A DNA stretch of 64,000 nucleotides from an uncultured delta proteobacterium. GTDB taxonomy: Bacteria > Myxococcota_A > Polyangia > Polyangiales > Polyangiaceae. The notes under the pieces were generated by a model, which saw only the letters and a list, made by a program, of their open reading frames with translations, ran no database searches and had not been told where the DNA came from. Below, one piece after another: positions 39,685-49,978 of this stretch (positions within the stretch are counted from its first letter, which is position 1; each line of letters begins with the position of its first letter). Both the position numbers and the translations under genes were made by a program. The stretch covers positions 32,001-96,000 of the forward strand of contig CAVOKF010000005.1 in NCBI GenBank assembly GCA_963696385.1, read 5' to 3'.

Positions 39685-40058
39685 CCCGGGTCAGCGTCTC
39701 GTTCCTGCCGCTCTGGACGCTCGCCGTGGCGGCGACCGCGAGCGCGTTCGTCATGCACCTCGCCCTGCGCGGTCGCACTGTGCAGCTTGGCTACGAGCTG
39801 GGTCATGCGAGGCAGGAGCAGGCTAGACTCCGAGAGGTTGAGCGCGTGATGGAGCTCGAGGCTGCCAGTTACAGGACGCCCGAACGCATCGAGATCGTCG
39901 CCCGAACGCTTCTCGGCATGGAGGCACCGTCCTCGGAGCGAATTGTGTCGCTCGTGCCGCTCCCAGGCTCCGACGATCGCCCGAACGTCACCGCTTTCAG
40001 CTCGATGCCCACGCGGACGGCACACGGCCACGGCAATCCCGCCGCAGTTCCGCCGTGA
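39681..40058 (+). CDS. ftsL: Cell division protein FtsL
   Basis: Position between rsmH and ftsI; one TM plus coiled coil; 'PERIE..AR..LGM..P'. Confidence 0.85.
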   Translation: MTRVSVSFLPLWTLAVAATASAFVMHLALRGRTVQLGYELGHARQEQARLREVERVMELEAASYRTPERIEIVARTLLGMEAPSSERIVSLVPLPGSDDRPNVTAFSSMPTRTAHGHGNPAAVPP

Positions 40059-42119
40059 AGAACCTCGACCCTCGTCGCGCCCGCTGGATCCGAACGCGCA
40101 TGGGGGTGCTCTGCGGTCTCATGGGCCTCGCTCTGGGCGGGATCGTTTCGAGCGCCTGGCGCGTTCAAGTGGAGGACGGTCTCGCCTGGAGCGATATGGC
40201 CGTGAAGCAGCGGCAGCGGCGCCTGCACATCGAACCCAAGCGGGGCACCATATTCGATCGCAACGGCGCACCGCTGGCGGTCAGCATCGAGGTGCCGAGT
40301 GTCAGTGCCGACGTCACGGAGATGCTTCAAGGGAGCGACAGCAAATCGGAACAAGATGCCAGGCTCCACGGAGCAGCTCAGCGCCTCGCGGCGGTCCTGA
40401 GTATGGACGCCGCCGATATCGTTGCCAGGCTCGAGCCGCGCCACCGATTCGTTTGGATCAAGCGTCGCGTCACCAGCCAGGAGGCCGATGCGATCCGGGA
40501 TTCTGGGTGACCCCAAGAAGCAGGTCGTTCCAATACGCGGCCTGTCGATTGAGGGCGAGGGGCATAGGTACTACCCGGGCCGCGAGCTCGCGGGCCCGCT
40601 CTTGGGTTTTGTTTCGCCGGACGGACAAGGCAAGGATGGCGTCGAACTTTCCTTGGACGAAGACTTGCGTGGCAAAGTGGAAGAGGTCCGCGGCCTGCGC
40701 GACCGCAGCGGTAGGCTCATCTTCGATGGCGTGAACAACGAGCGCGCGCTTCAAGGCAACGACGTCGTCCTCTCTCTTGACGAGGGAATCCAACATGTGG
40801 CCGAGCGCGAGTTGGACGCTGCAATGCGCACCTATGAGACGCGAGGTGGGTCGCTGACGGTCGTCGACCCTTTGACAGGGGAGATCCTCGCGCTCGCGAG
40901 CGTGCCCGGGTACAATCCGAATGACTACACCGAGAGTGATGTCGATTCGCGTCGCGACCGCGTCGTCGCGGACCGCTTCGAGCCCGGCTCGGTCATGAAG
41001 CCCTTCATGATTGCCGGTGCGCTCACCGCCGGCACTCTCAAACCCACCGATGCGATCGACTGCGAGCACGGCGTCTTCCAGATCGCGGGAATCACCATTC
41101 ACGATACGCACATCAACGATGTACTCACGCCGACTCAGATTTTGGCTCGAAGTTCGAACATTGGGGCTCTGAAAATCGGCTTGCAGCTCGGGGAGCCTGC
41201 TCTGTATGCCGACTACCGCCGCTTCGGATTCGGGGAACCGACCGGAATTCCGGTTCCGGGGGAATCGGAAGGAGTTCTCCGTCCCAAAGCACGGCCCTGG
41301 TACGACGCCGAAACTGCGAGCGCGAGCTTCGGCCAGGGGATTACCGTGACAACGCTGCAGCTCGCCATGGCGATGAGCGCAATAGCCAACGGAGGCAAGC
41401 TTCTCGAGCCGATTTTGGTTCGGGAGGTGACCGAGGGGAATGGGGCGGTGGTCCGGAATTCGAGCATGCGCGTTCGTCGCGAGGTCGTCCCAGCCGGAGT
41501 CGCGCGGACCGTCGCTGAGATGCTGACGGCAGTCACCGAGGAGGGTGGTACCGCCGTCGAGGCATCGATTGCCGGCTACCGCGTCGCGGGCAAGACTTCG
41601 ACTGCACAGAAAGTAGACCCCGCCACAGGCAAATACTCGGCCGACAAATACACTGCCGTGTTTGTGGGCTTCGTCCCTGTCGAACACCCGCGGCTTGTGG
41701 TTGCGGTGGTCTTGGACGAACCCATGATTGGGCGTTATGGGGGCGACTTGGCCGGCCCGGTCTTTCGCCGAGTGGCCGAGGCGTCTCTCCGCTATCTCGG
41801 GGTGACCCCCACGACCGGATTGAACAAGGGGGGAACGGCAGCACGGGGGGCCGATCCCGCGGACCCAGCTCCTGCCGCCATGAAGCCGGTGCCATGGTCT
41901 GCCCTTCCGGTCGCCCCGAGCGAACCCGTGCCACCGGGCAGTGTGCGCGTTCCGGACACGACCGGATTGCCTGCACACGAAGTGATTGTCGCGATCAGCA
42001 AAGCCGGGTTGGTTCCTCGGGTCGAGGGGTCGGGCCGCGCCGTTCGACAGACCCCGGCCGCTGGTGCCCCGGCCACGAAGGGGACCGCGGTCCGTGTGAT
42101 CCTAGAGCCCGCATCATGA
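40055..42119 (+). CDS. ftsI: Class B PBP FtsI/PBP3 with PASTA domain, split by a +1 frameshift at about 40501
   Basis: N-terminal part 40055-40510 (TM, 'RGTIFDRNG') and C-terminal part in another frame ('RYYP', 'EPGSVMK', 'SSN', 'GKTSTAQ', PASTA). Confidence 0.9.
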
Positions 42120-43657
42120 CCGGGGTCTCCGCGCGCCCCGATGCGGATGGGCTGAGACTGGACGAACTTGCGCGGGAGCTGCCCCAGAGCAGCGTGATCA
42201 CGGGTGACGCTTCGACCCGCGTGCGGGGCGTCCGCCACGATTCGCGTCGGGTAGAGCCAGGTGATCTGTTCGTCGCGCGGCCGGGCCTTCATGCGGACGG
42301 AGTGCGCTTCGTGGCCGACGCCTTAGCACGTGGGGCGGTCGCCGTGATGGCTACGCGAGGAGCGGTAGTGCCGGGGATCGCGCGTGTTCCCGTACTCCGC
42401 GTAGACGACGTGGCCGCGGGGCTCGCGTACGCTGCGTCCGCGGTTTATGGGCAACCGTCGTTTGCGCTCGACGTGGTGGGAATTACGGGGACCAACGGAA
42501 AGACCACCACTGCCCACCTGACCAGGGCTGCGGTCGACGGCGCGCTCGGGGGCGCGAGGTGCGGCGTGCTCGGCACGGTCGGTCACGCCTTCGGCGACTG
42601 GCGCCTTCCTGCGGAGCACACGACTCCCGAGGCCGATGACGTTGCGCGAGCGATGGTCGAGATGCGGGGCCGTGGCGCGACGCACGTGGCTATGGAAGTC
42701 TCCTCGCACGCGCTAGCGCTCGGGCGCGTGCGGGCGGTTCACTTTCGCGTCGCCGCGTTCACGAACTTGACCCAAGACCACCTTGATTTCCACGGCTCGA
42801 TGGCGGCGTACGGCGAGGCCAAGGCTCGTCTGTTCACGGAGCTGGGCCCCAGTGCGGTCGTTCTCAACGTCGATGACGCGTTCGGTCGCGATCTGGTTCG
42901 TCGCGTCCAAGCGCCCGTCGTTCGAGTGAGCACGAGCGAATGGGCCGGCCCGCGAGAGGCAGATGTGGCTCCGCGCCGCCTTCGGGCCACCGCGCGCGGA
43001 ATTGAAGCGGAGGTGAGAACTCCCGCCGGTGAGGTCGCCCTGAACTCTGGGCTCGTGGGCAGCCACAACCTCGAGAATTTGTTGGTCGCTTTGGCCGTTG
43101 CGCATGCCCTCGATCTCGACGTGGTTGGCGCGGCGGCAGCCCTTTCGCGTGAGCCGGCGCCTGCCGGTCGGCTGGAACGCTGCGACGACGAATCCGACGC
43201 CGTCACCGTTCTTGTTGACTATGCACACACGCCGGACGCGCTCGCGCGCGTGTTGGAAGCGGTCCGTCCCCTCTCGCGGGGGCGCGTGTGGTGCGTCTTC
43301 GGGTGCGGAGGCGACCGGGATTCCACGAAGCGTGCCCTCATGGGGGATGCCGCCGCGCGTCGCGCGGACGTTCTGGTCGTTACGAGCGATAACTCTCGCA
43401 CCGAAGACCCCCGCGCCATCGCAGCCGAAATCGTAGCGGGTGCGCGCGCTGCCGGGGCCAATCCGATCGTCGAGCTCGATCGCCGCCGAGCGATCGACAT
43501 CGCCGTGCAATCGGCCGACGATGATGACGTCATCGTCGTCTCAGGCAAGGGCCACGAGGACTATCAAGTCATCGGAACGGTGAAACATCCTTTCGACGAC
43601 CGGACGGAAGCTCGGCGGGCCCTCTCGCTGCGACGGCGCACCCGGGGAGGCGTATGA
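42116..43657 (+). CDS. murE: UDP-MurNAc-dipeptide--diaminopimelate ligase MurE
   Basis: 'GITGTNGKTT', 'MEVSSH', 'NLTQDHLDFH', 'DYAHTPD', 'FGCGGDRD', 'GKGHE'. Confidence 0.96.
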   Translation: MTGVSARPDADGLRLDELARELPQSSVITGDASTRVRGVRHDSRRVEPGDLFVARPGLHADGVRFVADALARGAVAVMATRGAVVPGIARVPVLRVDDVAAGLAYAASAVYGQPSFALDVVGITGTNGKTTTAHLTRAAVDGALGGARCGVLGTVGHAFGDWRLPAEHTTPEADDVARAMVEMRGRGATHVAMEVSSHALALGRVRAVHFRVAAFTNLTQDHLDFHGSMAAYGEAKARLFTELGPSAVVLNVDDAFGRDLVRRVQAPVVRVSTSEWAGPREADVAPRRLRATARGIEAEVRTPAGEVALNSGLVGSHNLENLLVALAVAHALDLDVVGAAAALSREPAPAGRLERCDDESDAVTVLVDYAHTPDALARVLEAVRPLSRGRVWCVFGCGGDRDSTKRALMGDAAARRADVLVVTSDNSRTEDPRAIAAEIVAGARAAGANPIVELDRRRAIDIAVQSADDDDVIVVSGKGHEDYQVIGTVKHPFDDRTEARRALSLRRRTRGGV

Positions 43658-43658
43658 G

Positions 43659-45128
43659 ATGGCAACGCCCATCCCCGAGAACAGCGCGCCATTGACGGTT
43701 TGGGCGGCGGCGGCGGCGACGGGCGGGCGGGTCTTTCGCGCCTTGCCGAGCGGGATCACCGCGCGCGGTATCGTGAGCGACAGTCGGTCGGTCGTGCCCG
43801 GATGCGCTTTCGTAGCCTTGCGCGGCGAGCGGCAAGATGGGCATGACTACGTGGGTGCAGCAGTTCGATCCGGCGCGGCCCTCGTCGTCGTCGAGCCGGG
43901 GCGGGCGTCCGACCAACGGGTCGACGTCGTCGAGGTCGATGATACCCTCGTCGCTTGGCAGCGCCTGGCACGCGCGCACGTTCGAAGCTGGCGGCGTTGT
44001 GCAACGGATCCGCTCGTTATCGCCATCACTGGTAGCTCGGGAAAAACCACGACGAAGGAGCTCTGCGCCGCGCTCGTGCGGTCCATTGGCGCGTGCCACG
44101 TCACGGCTGGCAACCTGAACAATCGCGTAGGCCTGCCGACAGTCGCGTTCGGTCTGCGTTCAGAGCATCGGTTCGCCGTGTTCGAGGTAGGCATGAGTGT
44201 GCGGGGCGAAATCGCCTCGTTGGCAGAAGTCGTGCAGCCCGATGTCGCAGTGATTACGAATGTGGGGGTCGCGCACGCGGCTGGCGTCGGTGGGAGCCGA
44301 GGGGACGTCGCCCGCGAGAAGGGCGATCTGTTCGCGGCCCTTTCGGAGCGCGACGTCGCTGTGGTTTGTTTCGACGACGCTGCGGCGATGGGGCAGCTCG
44401 CGCGCACGCGGGCGCGACGCGTCGTGACCTTTGGCACGAGAGAAGGTGCCGACTACCGGCTCGTGGAGAGGGCCCCGGCGGGGTTAGACGGCGCGCGTCT
44501 TCGGATTCTGCGCCGCCACGAGGGGACTGAGGTAAGCGCTGCGCTGCCGATCCTCGGCGAGGCCGCGGCACTCGACTTTCTCGCGTCCCTCGCGGCTGTC
44601 GAGGCAACTATCGGCCCCCTTAGTGCCGATACGGTCGAATGCTCGCTTCGTCTGCATTTGCGCCAACCGCCGGGCCGAATGCAGTCGCGCGCCCTGCGCA
44701 ACGGCACCATGGTCCTCGACGACACGTACAATGCCAACCCAGAGAGTGTGCGCGCAGCGCTTGAGACGCTTGGCGAGGTGGCACGCCAGCGCCGCTCCGT
44801 AGTCATCCTTGGGGAAATGCGCGAACTTGGTGCGATCGGCGAACAGGCGCACGCCGACCTCGGGCAGGCGGTAGCCCGTTCGGGGGCCCGCGTGATCGTG
44901 AGCTGTGGGGGCCTGGCCGATCGAACTGCGATGGACGCCGAGTTGGCCGGTGTTGCCGCAGTGCGTGCTTCCGACGCCGAGGAGGCCGCGCGTCTTGCAG
45001 CGTCCATCGTCCTCGCGGGCGACATCGTGCTCGTCAAGGCGTCGCGTAGCGTCGGGGCCGAACGCGTCGTCGACGCATTGATCCGATCGGGTGGGGGAGA
45101 GATCCTTCCGGCGCGGGGGGCCGACTGA
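43659..45128 (+). CDS. murF: UDP-MurNAc-tripeptide--D-Ala-D-Ala ligase MurF
   Basis: 'ITGSSGKTTTKE', 'GNLNN.VGLP', 'DDTYNANP', 'GEMRELG', 'VKASR'. Confidence 0.96.
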   Translation: MATPIPENSAPLTVWAAAAATGGRVFRALPSGITARGIVSDSRSVVPGCAFVALRGERQDGHDYVGAAVRSGAALVVVEPGRASDQRVDVVEVDDTLVAWQRLARAHVRSWRRCATDPLVIAITGSSGKTTTKELCAALVRSIGACHVTAGNLNNRVGLPTVAFGLRSEHRFAVFEVGMSVRGEIASLAEVVQPDVAVITNVGVAHAAGVGGSRGDVAREKGDLFAALSERDVAVVCFDDAAAMGQLARTRARRVVTFGTREGADYRLVERAPAGLDGARLRILRRHEGTEVSAALPILGEAAALDFLASLAAVEATIGPLSADTVECSLRLHLRQPPGRMQSRALRNGTMVLDDTYNANPESVRAALETLGEVARQRRSVVILGEMRELGAIGEQAHADLGQAVARSGARVIVSCGGLADRTAMDAELAGVAAVRASDAEEAARLAASIVLAGDIVLVKASRSVGAERVVDALIRSGGGEILPARGAD

Positions 45129-46276
45129 TGCTCTATGAGCTGCTTTTTCCGCTGCGTCACGACGCGGAATGGCTCGGGTTTCTGAACGTCTTGCGATATG
45201 TGCCCTTTCGCGCGATCGCCGCGACCGTCAGCGCCATGCTGCTCGCGTTCGTCCTCGCTCCATGGTTCATCCGCGAGCTACGGCGCAAGCAGATTGGCCA
45301 AGTCGTTCGTGCCGACGGGCCCCAGTCTCACTTGATCAAAAGCGGCACACCGACGATGGGGGGCGCACTGATTCTCCTCAGCGTCCTCGTTCCAACGATC
45401 TTGTGGTGCGACCCACGCAACGTCTTCGTTTGGGCCACGACGGCCGTCACCGCGGGCTATGGCGTCATCGGATACCTCGACGACTATCTGAAGATCAAGC
45501 TCAAGAACCCGAAGGGAGTTCCCGGGCGGTACAAACTTTTGGGTCAAGTCGCCATCGGAGGTGCCGCGCTGTCTTATGCGTTTCTTGCGCGCGGCCACGT
45601 TCCGTCCGACTGGTGGGATATTCGCTTCGATCTCGCGTTGCCGTTCCTTGCGTTTTCGAAGCACCCGATCGTCCTGTCGCCATGGATCTATTTGCCGTTC
45701 GCGGTGCTGGTGGTCGTCTGGACTTCGAACGCCGTCAACCTAACCGATGGCCTAGACGGGCTCGCCATCGGCCCCGTAATGATCAACGCGGGCACGTACC
45801 TCATCTGGGCGTACCTGGCCGGCGCGACGTTCGGCATTGCGCATGTCGCACAGCGTTTCGTCGTGGCGCGCTATCTCGACATCCCGTTCATCGCAAGCGG
45901 GGGTGAACTGTCGATCTACTGCGGCGCCATGGTGGGCGCAGGAATCGGTTTCCTTTGGTACAACACGTATCCTGCGCAGGTCTTCATGGGCGACGTTGGG
46001 TCCCTCGCGCTTGGTGGCGGACTCGGCATGTGCGCCGTGTTCACCAAGAACGAAGTCCTTTCCGCCATTCTGGGTGGCGTCTTCTTCCTCGAGGCGGTGA
46101 GCGTCGTCGTGCAAGTGGCGGCCTTCAGGCTGACGGGGCGGCGCATTTTTCTGATGGCCCCCATCCACCATCACTTCGAAAAGATGGGCTGGCCAGAGCC
46201 GAAAATTATCGTCCGCTTCTGGATCATCTCCATTCTCTTGGCACTGTTCAGCCTTTCGAGCTTGAAGTTGCGTTGA
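45128..46276 (+). CDS. mraY: Phospho-N-acetylmuramoyl-pentapeptide transferase
   Basis: 'KSGTPTMGG', 'DDYLK', 'NAVNLTDGLDGL', 'FMGDVGS', 'MAPIHHHFE'. Confidence 0.97.
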   Translation: MLYELLFPLRHDAEWLGFLNVLRYVPFRAIAATVSAMLLAFVLAPWFIRELRRKQIGQVVRADGPQSHLIKSGTPTMGGALILLSVLVPTILWCDPRNVFVWATTAVTAGYGVIGYLDDYLKIKLKNPKGVPGRYKLLGQVAIGGAALSYAFLARGHVPSDWWDIRFDLALPFLAFSKHPIVLSPWIYLPFAVLVVVWTSNAVNLTDGLDGLAIGPVMINAGTYLIWAYLAGATFGIAHVAQRFVVARYLDIPFIASGGELSIYCGAMVGAGIGFLWYNTYPAQVFMGDVGSLALGGGLGMCAVFTKNEVLSAILGGVFFLEAVSVVVQVAAFRLTGRRIFLMAPIHHHFEKMGWPEPKIIVRFWIISILLALFSLSSLKLR

Positions 46277-46290
46277 GAGGTCGTCCGGAC

Positions 46291-47634
46291 GTGATCGAAC
46301 TGGCGGGCAAGCAGGTCGTGGTTGTTGGCTTAGGGACTAGCGGCGTTGCGGCTGCACGCTTGTGCATGCGTCTCGGATGCAGAGTCGTGGCGAACGACGC
46401 CAAGCCGATCGAATCCCTCTCCGCCGACGCCCTTGCCCTCGGACCGCTCGGCGCCGAGCTGATCGGAGGGGGTCATTTCGCCGTCCGCTGGGAAGAGGCC
46501 GATTTGGTGATCGTCTCGCCGGGCGTGCCGCCCCTTCCTGAAATCAGTGACGTCGAAGAGCGGGGCGTTCCGGTGTGGGGCGATGTCGAGCTGGCTGTGC
46601 GGTCGATGGCGCGCGCCACGCCTGTCATCGCCATCGGCGGAACGAACGGCAAGAGCACGACCACGTCGCTCGTCGGCGCGATGTTGCGGGCGGGTGGCTT
46701 GCACGCGTTCGTCGGGGGAAACCTGGGCGAGCCTCTCTCCGACCATGTTGAGGAAGCTTTCGACGTGGTGGTCCTGGAGGTGTCCAGCTTCCAGATGGAG
46801 CGCGTGGATCGCTTCCATCCGCATGTCGGCGCGTTGCTGAATCTGACCGATGATCACCTCGATCGCTACCATGATTTCGAACAGTACGCGCACGCCAAAG
46901 GCAACGCCTTCGTTAGGCAAACCGAGGAGGACTGGGTCGTGGTTCCCGTCGCCGATTCAACGTGTTTACGTCAGGCGCGGCGCGGAGGAGCGCGCGTCGT
47001 GACCTTCGGTCGGGGCGGGACGCTCGATGTCACCGACGAGGAGGTGATCGATCGGCGGAACGGCGAGCGGTTCGACCCCACGGCTGGGGGGCTTTCGGGC
47101 GGCCACAACGCGTTCAATGTCGCAGCCGCCATTGCATGTGTGCGTCCGTTCGGTGTTACGGCGGAAGCGATTGCGAGGGCCTTGATGGGGTTTCGCGGGC
47201 TACCCCATCGATCCGCCTTCGTCATGACGCTGAAAGGGGTGCGCTTCTACGATGATTCAAAGGGGACGAATGTCGGTGCCGCGGTGACGGCGATCGACGG
47301 ACTGTTGGAGTCTCGAGCAGTACTCATCGCCGGCGGCAAGGACAAAGGGGGCAGCTACGCCCCGCTCGTCGACGCGCTCGCACGGAAGGGACGGGCAGCC
47401 GTTCTTCTCGGCGAGGCAGCCGACGCCATCGCGTTGGCCATCGGCGAGACGGTTCCAGTCTGGCGTGCGGCTTCCATGCAAGAGGCGGTGCGCCTCGGTG
47501 CCGAGCTCGCGCGTCCCGGTGACGCGGTTCTCCTTTCGCCTGCTTGCTCAAGCTTCGACATGTTTCGCGATTACAAACATCGTGGCGACGAATTCGTTCG
47601 CGCAGTGCGAGAGCTGGAAAAGGCCACATCGTGA
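46291..47634 (+). CDS. murD: UDP-MurNAc-L-Ala--D-glutamate ligase MurD
   Basis: 'SPGVP', 'GTNGKSTTT', 'EVSSFQ', 'DHLDRY', 'DDSKGTN', 'SPACSSFDMF'. Confidence 0.96.
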   Translation: MIELAGKQVVVVGLGTSGVAAARLCMRLGCRVVANDAKPIESLSADALALGPLGAELIGGGHFAVRWEEADLVIVSPGVPPLPEISDVEERGVPVWGDVELAVRSMARATPVIAIGGTNGKSTTTSLVGAMLRAGGLHAFVGGNLGEPLSDHVEEAFDVVVLEVSSFQMERVDRFHPHVGALLNLTDDHLDRYHDFEQYAHAKGNAFVRQTEEDWVVVPVADSTCLRQARRGGARVVTFGRGGTLDVTDEEVIDRRNGERFDPTAGGLSGGHNAFNVAAAIACVRPFGVTAEAIARALMGFRGLPHRSAFVMTLKGVRFYDDSKGTNVGAAVTAIDGLLESRAVLIAGGKDKGGSYAPLVDALARKGRAAVLLGEAADAIALAIGETVPVWRAASMQEAVRLGAELARPGDAVLLSPACSSFDMFRDYKHRGDEFVRAVRELEKATS

Positions 47635-48896
47635 TGAGAAATACGGGAGTGGAGGCTCCGTTCGGGGCCGCTTTCCGGAACGTCCGCCGCACGGTTCGAA
47701 TGCAGCTCACGGCTCCTCTCGACGCACGCCCGGGGACAGGCTCGGTCGGCTCGGCCGACCCGGTTCTTGCGGCGACAGTTATCGCGCTCATCGGTTTCGG
47801 CATCGTTATGGTCTTCAGCGCCAGCGCAGTGCAGGCGACGGTCAAATACCAAGACCCCGAGTTTTTCCTGAAAAGGCAAGTCGCCTACGCGGGGCTCGGC
47901 CTGGCACTGATGTGGGCGGCGAGCCGGGTCGACTACCACCGCCTCTACAGTTTGACCTACCCAGTCCTGGGCGTGGTCGGTGGGCTGCTCGTGCTTTGTG
48001 TGGCTGGGTTCGGCCACTCGGGGGGGGGCGCGGCCCGATGGCTTGCGTTCGGACCGATTCACGTTCAACCAGCGGAAATGGCGAAGGTCGCGCTCGTCAT
48101 TTGGCTTGCGTATTCGCTTGCGAAGAAGGCCGAGCGGGTCAAGACGTTCACTGTCGGTTTCTTGCCGCATTTGCTCGTCGCCGGCGTGTTGATGCTGCTG
48201 TGCTTGAAACAGCCCGACTTCGGAAGTGCCGTGGTTCTCCTGCTCCTCACTTTTACGATGCTGTTCGTGGCGGGGGCTAAGGTCGGGTACATTTTGGGTG
48301 CATCGATCCTGGGAGCCGGCCTCGGTGCCGTCGCCATTCGGTTTCGAGAGTACCGCTACGAACGCTACCTGGCTTGGCTGCACATGGATCAGCACCGGCA
48401 GGACCTCGCCTATCAGCCCTTCCAAAGCGTCATGTCGTTCGGGTCGGGCGGAACCGTGGGTCTGGGGCTCGGGCGCGGACTGCAGACGCTCTATCTGCCG
48501 GAAGCCCACACCGACTTCGTTGCCGCAATCGTCGGCGAGGAGTTGGGCTTTCTGGGGGTCGCTGTTCTCTGCGGAGCGTATTTGCTCCTGGTTTCCAGAG
48601 GCGTTCGTGCAGCTTTGCGCGCACCAGACGACTTCGGCGCCTTCATGGCCTTCGGCTTGTCCACGATGTTTGGCGTCCAGGCGCTCGTGAACCTCTCCGT
48701 CGCCCTCGCGATTTTGCCCACCAAAGGCCTGACATTACCCTTCGTGAGCTTCGGCGGCTCGTCGCTCATCGTCAACGCCGTCGCGGCTGGGATCCTTCTC
48801 AACATCTCGCGCCTGGGCGTTCGGCCCTTTCCGTTCGAGCCTTCGCTGACGTTCGACGCAACGGACTGCGAGCCTCCCCGGGAGATCAGCGCGTGA
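47634..48896 (+). CDS. ftsW: SEDS peptidoglycan polymerase FtsW
   Basis: 'MVFSAS', 'GAARW', 'QPAEMAK', 'QPDFG', 'LPEAHTDF', 'KGLTLPFVSFGGSS'. Confidence 0.96.
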   Translation: MRNTGVEAPFGAAFRNVRRTVRMQLTAPLDARPGTGSVGSADPVLAATVIALIGFGIVMVFSASAVQATVKYQDPEFFLKRQVAYAGLGLALMWAASRVDYHRLYSLTYPVLGVVGGLLVLCVAGFGHSGGGAARWLAFGPIHVQPAEMAKVALVIWLAYSLAKKAERVKTFTVGFLPHLLVAGVLMLLCLKQPDFGSAVVLLLLTFTMLFVAGAKVGYILGASILGAGLGAVAIRFREYRYERYLAWLHMDQHRQDLAYQPFQSVMSFGSGGTVGLGLGRGLQTLYLPEAHTDFVAAIVGEELGFLGVAVLCGAYLLLVSRGVRAALRAPDDFGAFMAFGLSTMFGVQALVNLSVALAILPTKGLTLPFVSFGGSSLIVNAVAAGILLNISRLGVRPFPFEPSLTFDATDCEPPREISA

Positions 48897-49978
48897 TGCC
48901 CCCAATGATCTTCATCGCGGGCGGTGGCACCGGCGGTCACGTGTTTCCGGCGGTTGCCGTCGCCGACGCACTCCGGGACCTGGCAGACGTCGAGGTGGTT
49001 TTCTTTGGAACCGATCGCGGCCTCGAGGCGCGCATCGTGCCCACTCATGGCTTCAGATTGGAGAAAATTCACGTGGAGCCGATGCGTGGCGGAGGCGCAC
49101 GCCGCGCGGCGCGTGGAGCGGCTGTTGCCCTCGGCGCTACCGCCCGATCATTCGCAAGAGTTCGTCGGCAGCGGCCCCGCGCCGTGTTGAGCGTCGGCGG
49201 CTACGCGTCCGGGCCGATGAGCCTGGCAGCAGCTTTTCTCGGCGTGCCGCTCGCGGTCCTTGAACCGAATACGGCCGTCGGTCTCGCCAATCGTGTCTTG
49301 GGTCCCGTTGCCAAACGCGCCTATATCGCGTGGGACGAGGCTGCCGGCAGCTTCTGTCGTGCGTCGTTGCGTCCGTACGGGGTCCCGCTCCGACGCGGAT
49401 TCGGTGCCCGCCCCTATGTGGCGGGCCTTTCGGTTCGTTTGCTCGTCATGGGCGGAAGTCGTGGAGCGGCTGTCATGAATGCACGAATGCCGGCTGCCAT
49501 CGCAAGATTGACCCCACGCTTCCCCCGCATTCAAGTGTTGCACCAAGCGGGACGCGATGCCGACAGCGAGGTGAGGGCCGGATACGCTCGGGCACACGTA
49601 GAAGGCGCCACAGTCGTTCCGTTTGTCGACGACGTTGCGCGGGCAATCGCCGAAGCAGACATCGTGGTCGCGCGGGCTGGCGCCGGAACCATCGCGGAGA
49701 TCACTTCGATCGGTCGGGCATCGCTCCTCATTCCATTCCCACATGCCGCGGACGATCATCAAGCAAGGAATGCGCGGGCGCTGGCGCGCCTTGGGGCAGG
49801 CATTTGTTTGAATCAGAGTGACGCCGACCCTTGTCGCCTGGCCGCAGAGATCGAGAGGTTGCTCGCGGACGCGGACACTCGTGTCGCGATGGCGAACGCT
49901 GCGCGTGCCCGCGGCCGGCCGAATGCCGCCCGCGATGTCGCGCGAGATCTGCTGGACCTCGCTGCGGGAGGTCACTGA
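48896..49978 (+). CDS. murG: Lipid II GlcNAc transferase MurG
   Basis: '[10 protein letters not shown]', 'GGY', 'GGSRGA', 'RAGAGT', 'DDHQ..NA'. Confidence 0.96.
   Translation: MPPMIFIAGGGTGGHVFPAVAVADALRDLADVEVVFFGTDRGLEARIVPTHGFRLEKIHVEPMRGGGARRAARGAAVALGATARSFARVRRQRPRAVLSVGGYASGPMSLAAAFLGVPLAVLEPNTAVGLANRVLGPVAKRAYIAWDEAAGSFCRASLRPYGVPLRRGFGARPYVAGLSVRLLVMGGSRGAAVMNARMPAAIARLTPRFPRIQVLHQAGRDADSEVRAGYARAHVEGATVVPFVDDVARAIAEADIVVARAGAGTIAEITSIGRASLLIPFPHAADDHQARNARALARLGAGICLNQSDADPCRLAAEIERLLADADTRVAMANAARARGRPNAARDVARDLLDLAAGGH

Noticed and set aside
40470..41978. Long antisense ORFs such as this 502-aa one, and 55822-57612
   Set aside because: Shadow ORFs opposite well-supported genes, expected from high-GC codon bias; no motifs.
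48020..48028. G9 homopolymer in ftsW as a phase-variation tract
   Set aside because: In frame, encodes Ser-Gly-Gly-Gly-Ala in a normally Gly-containing loop of an essential gene.
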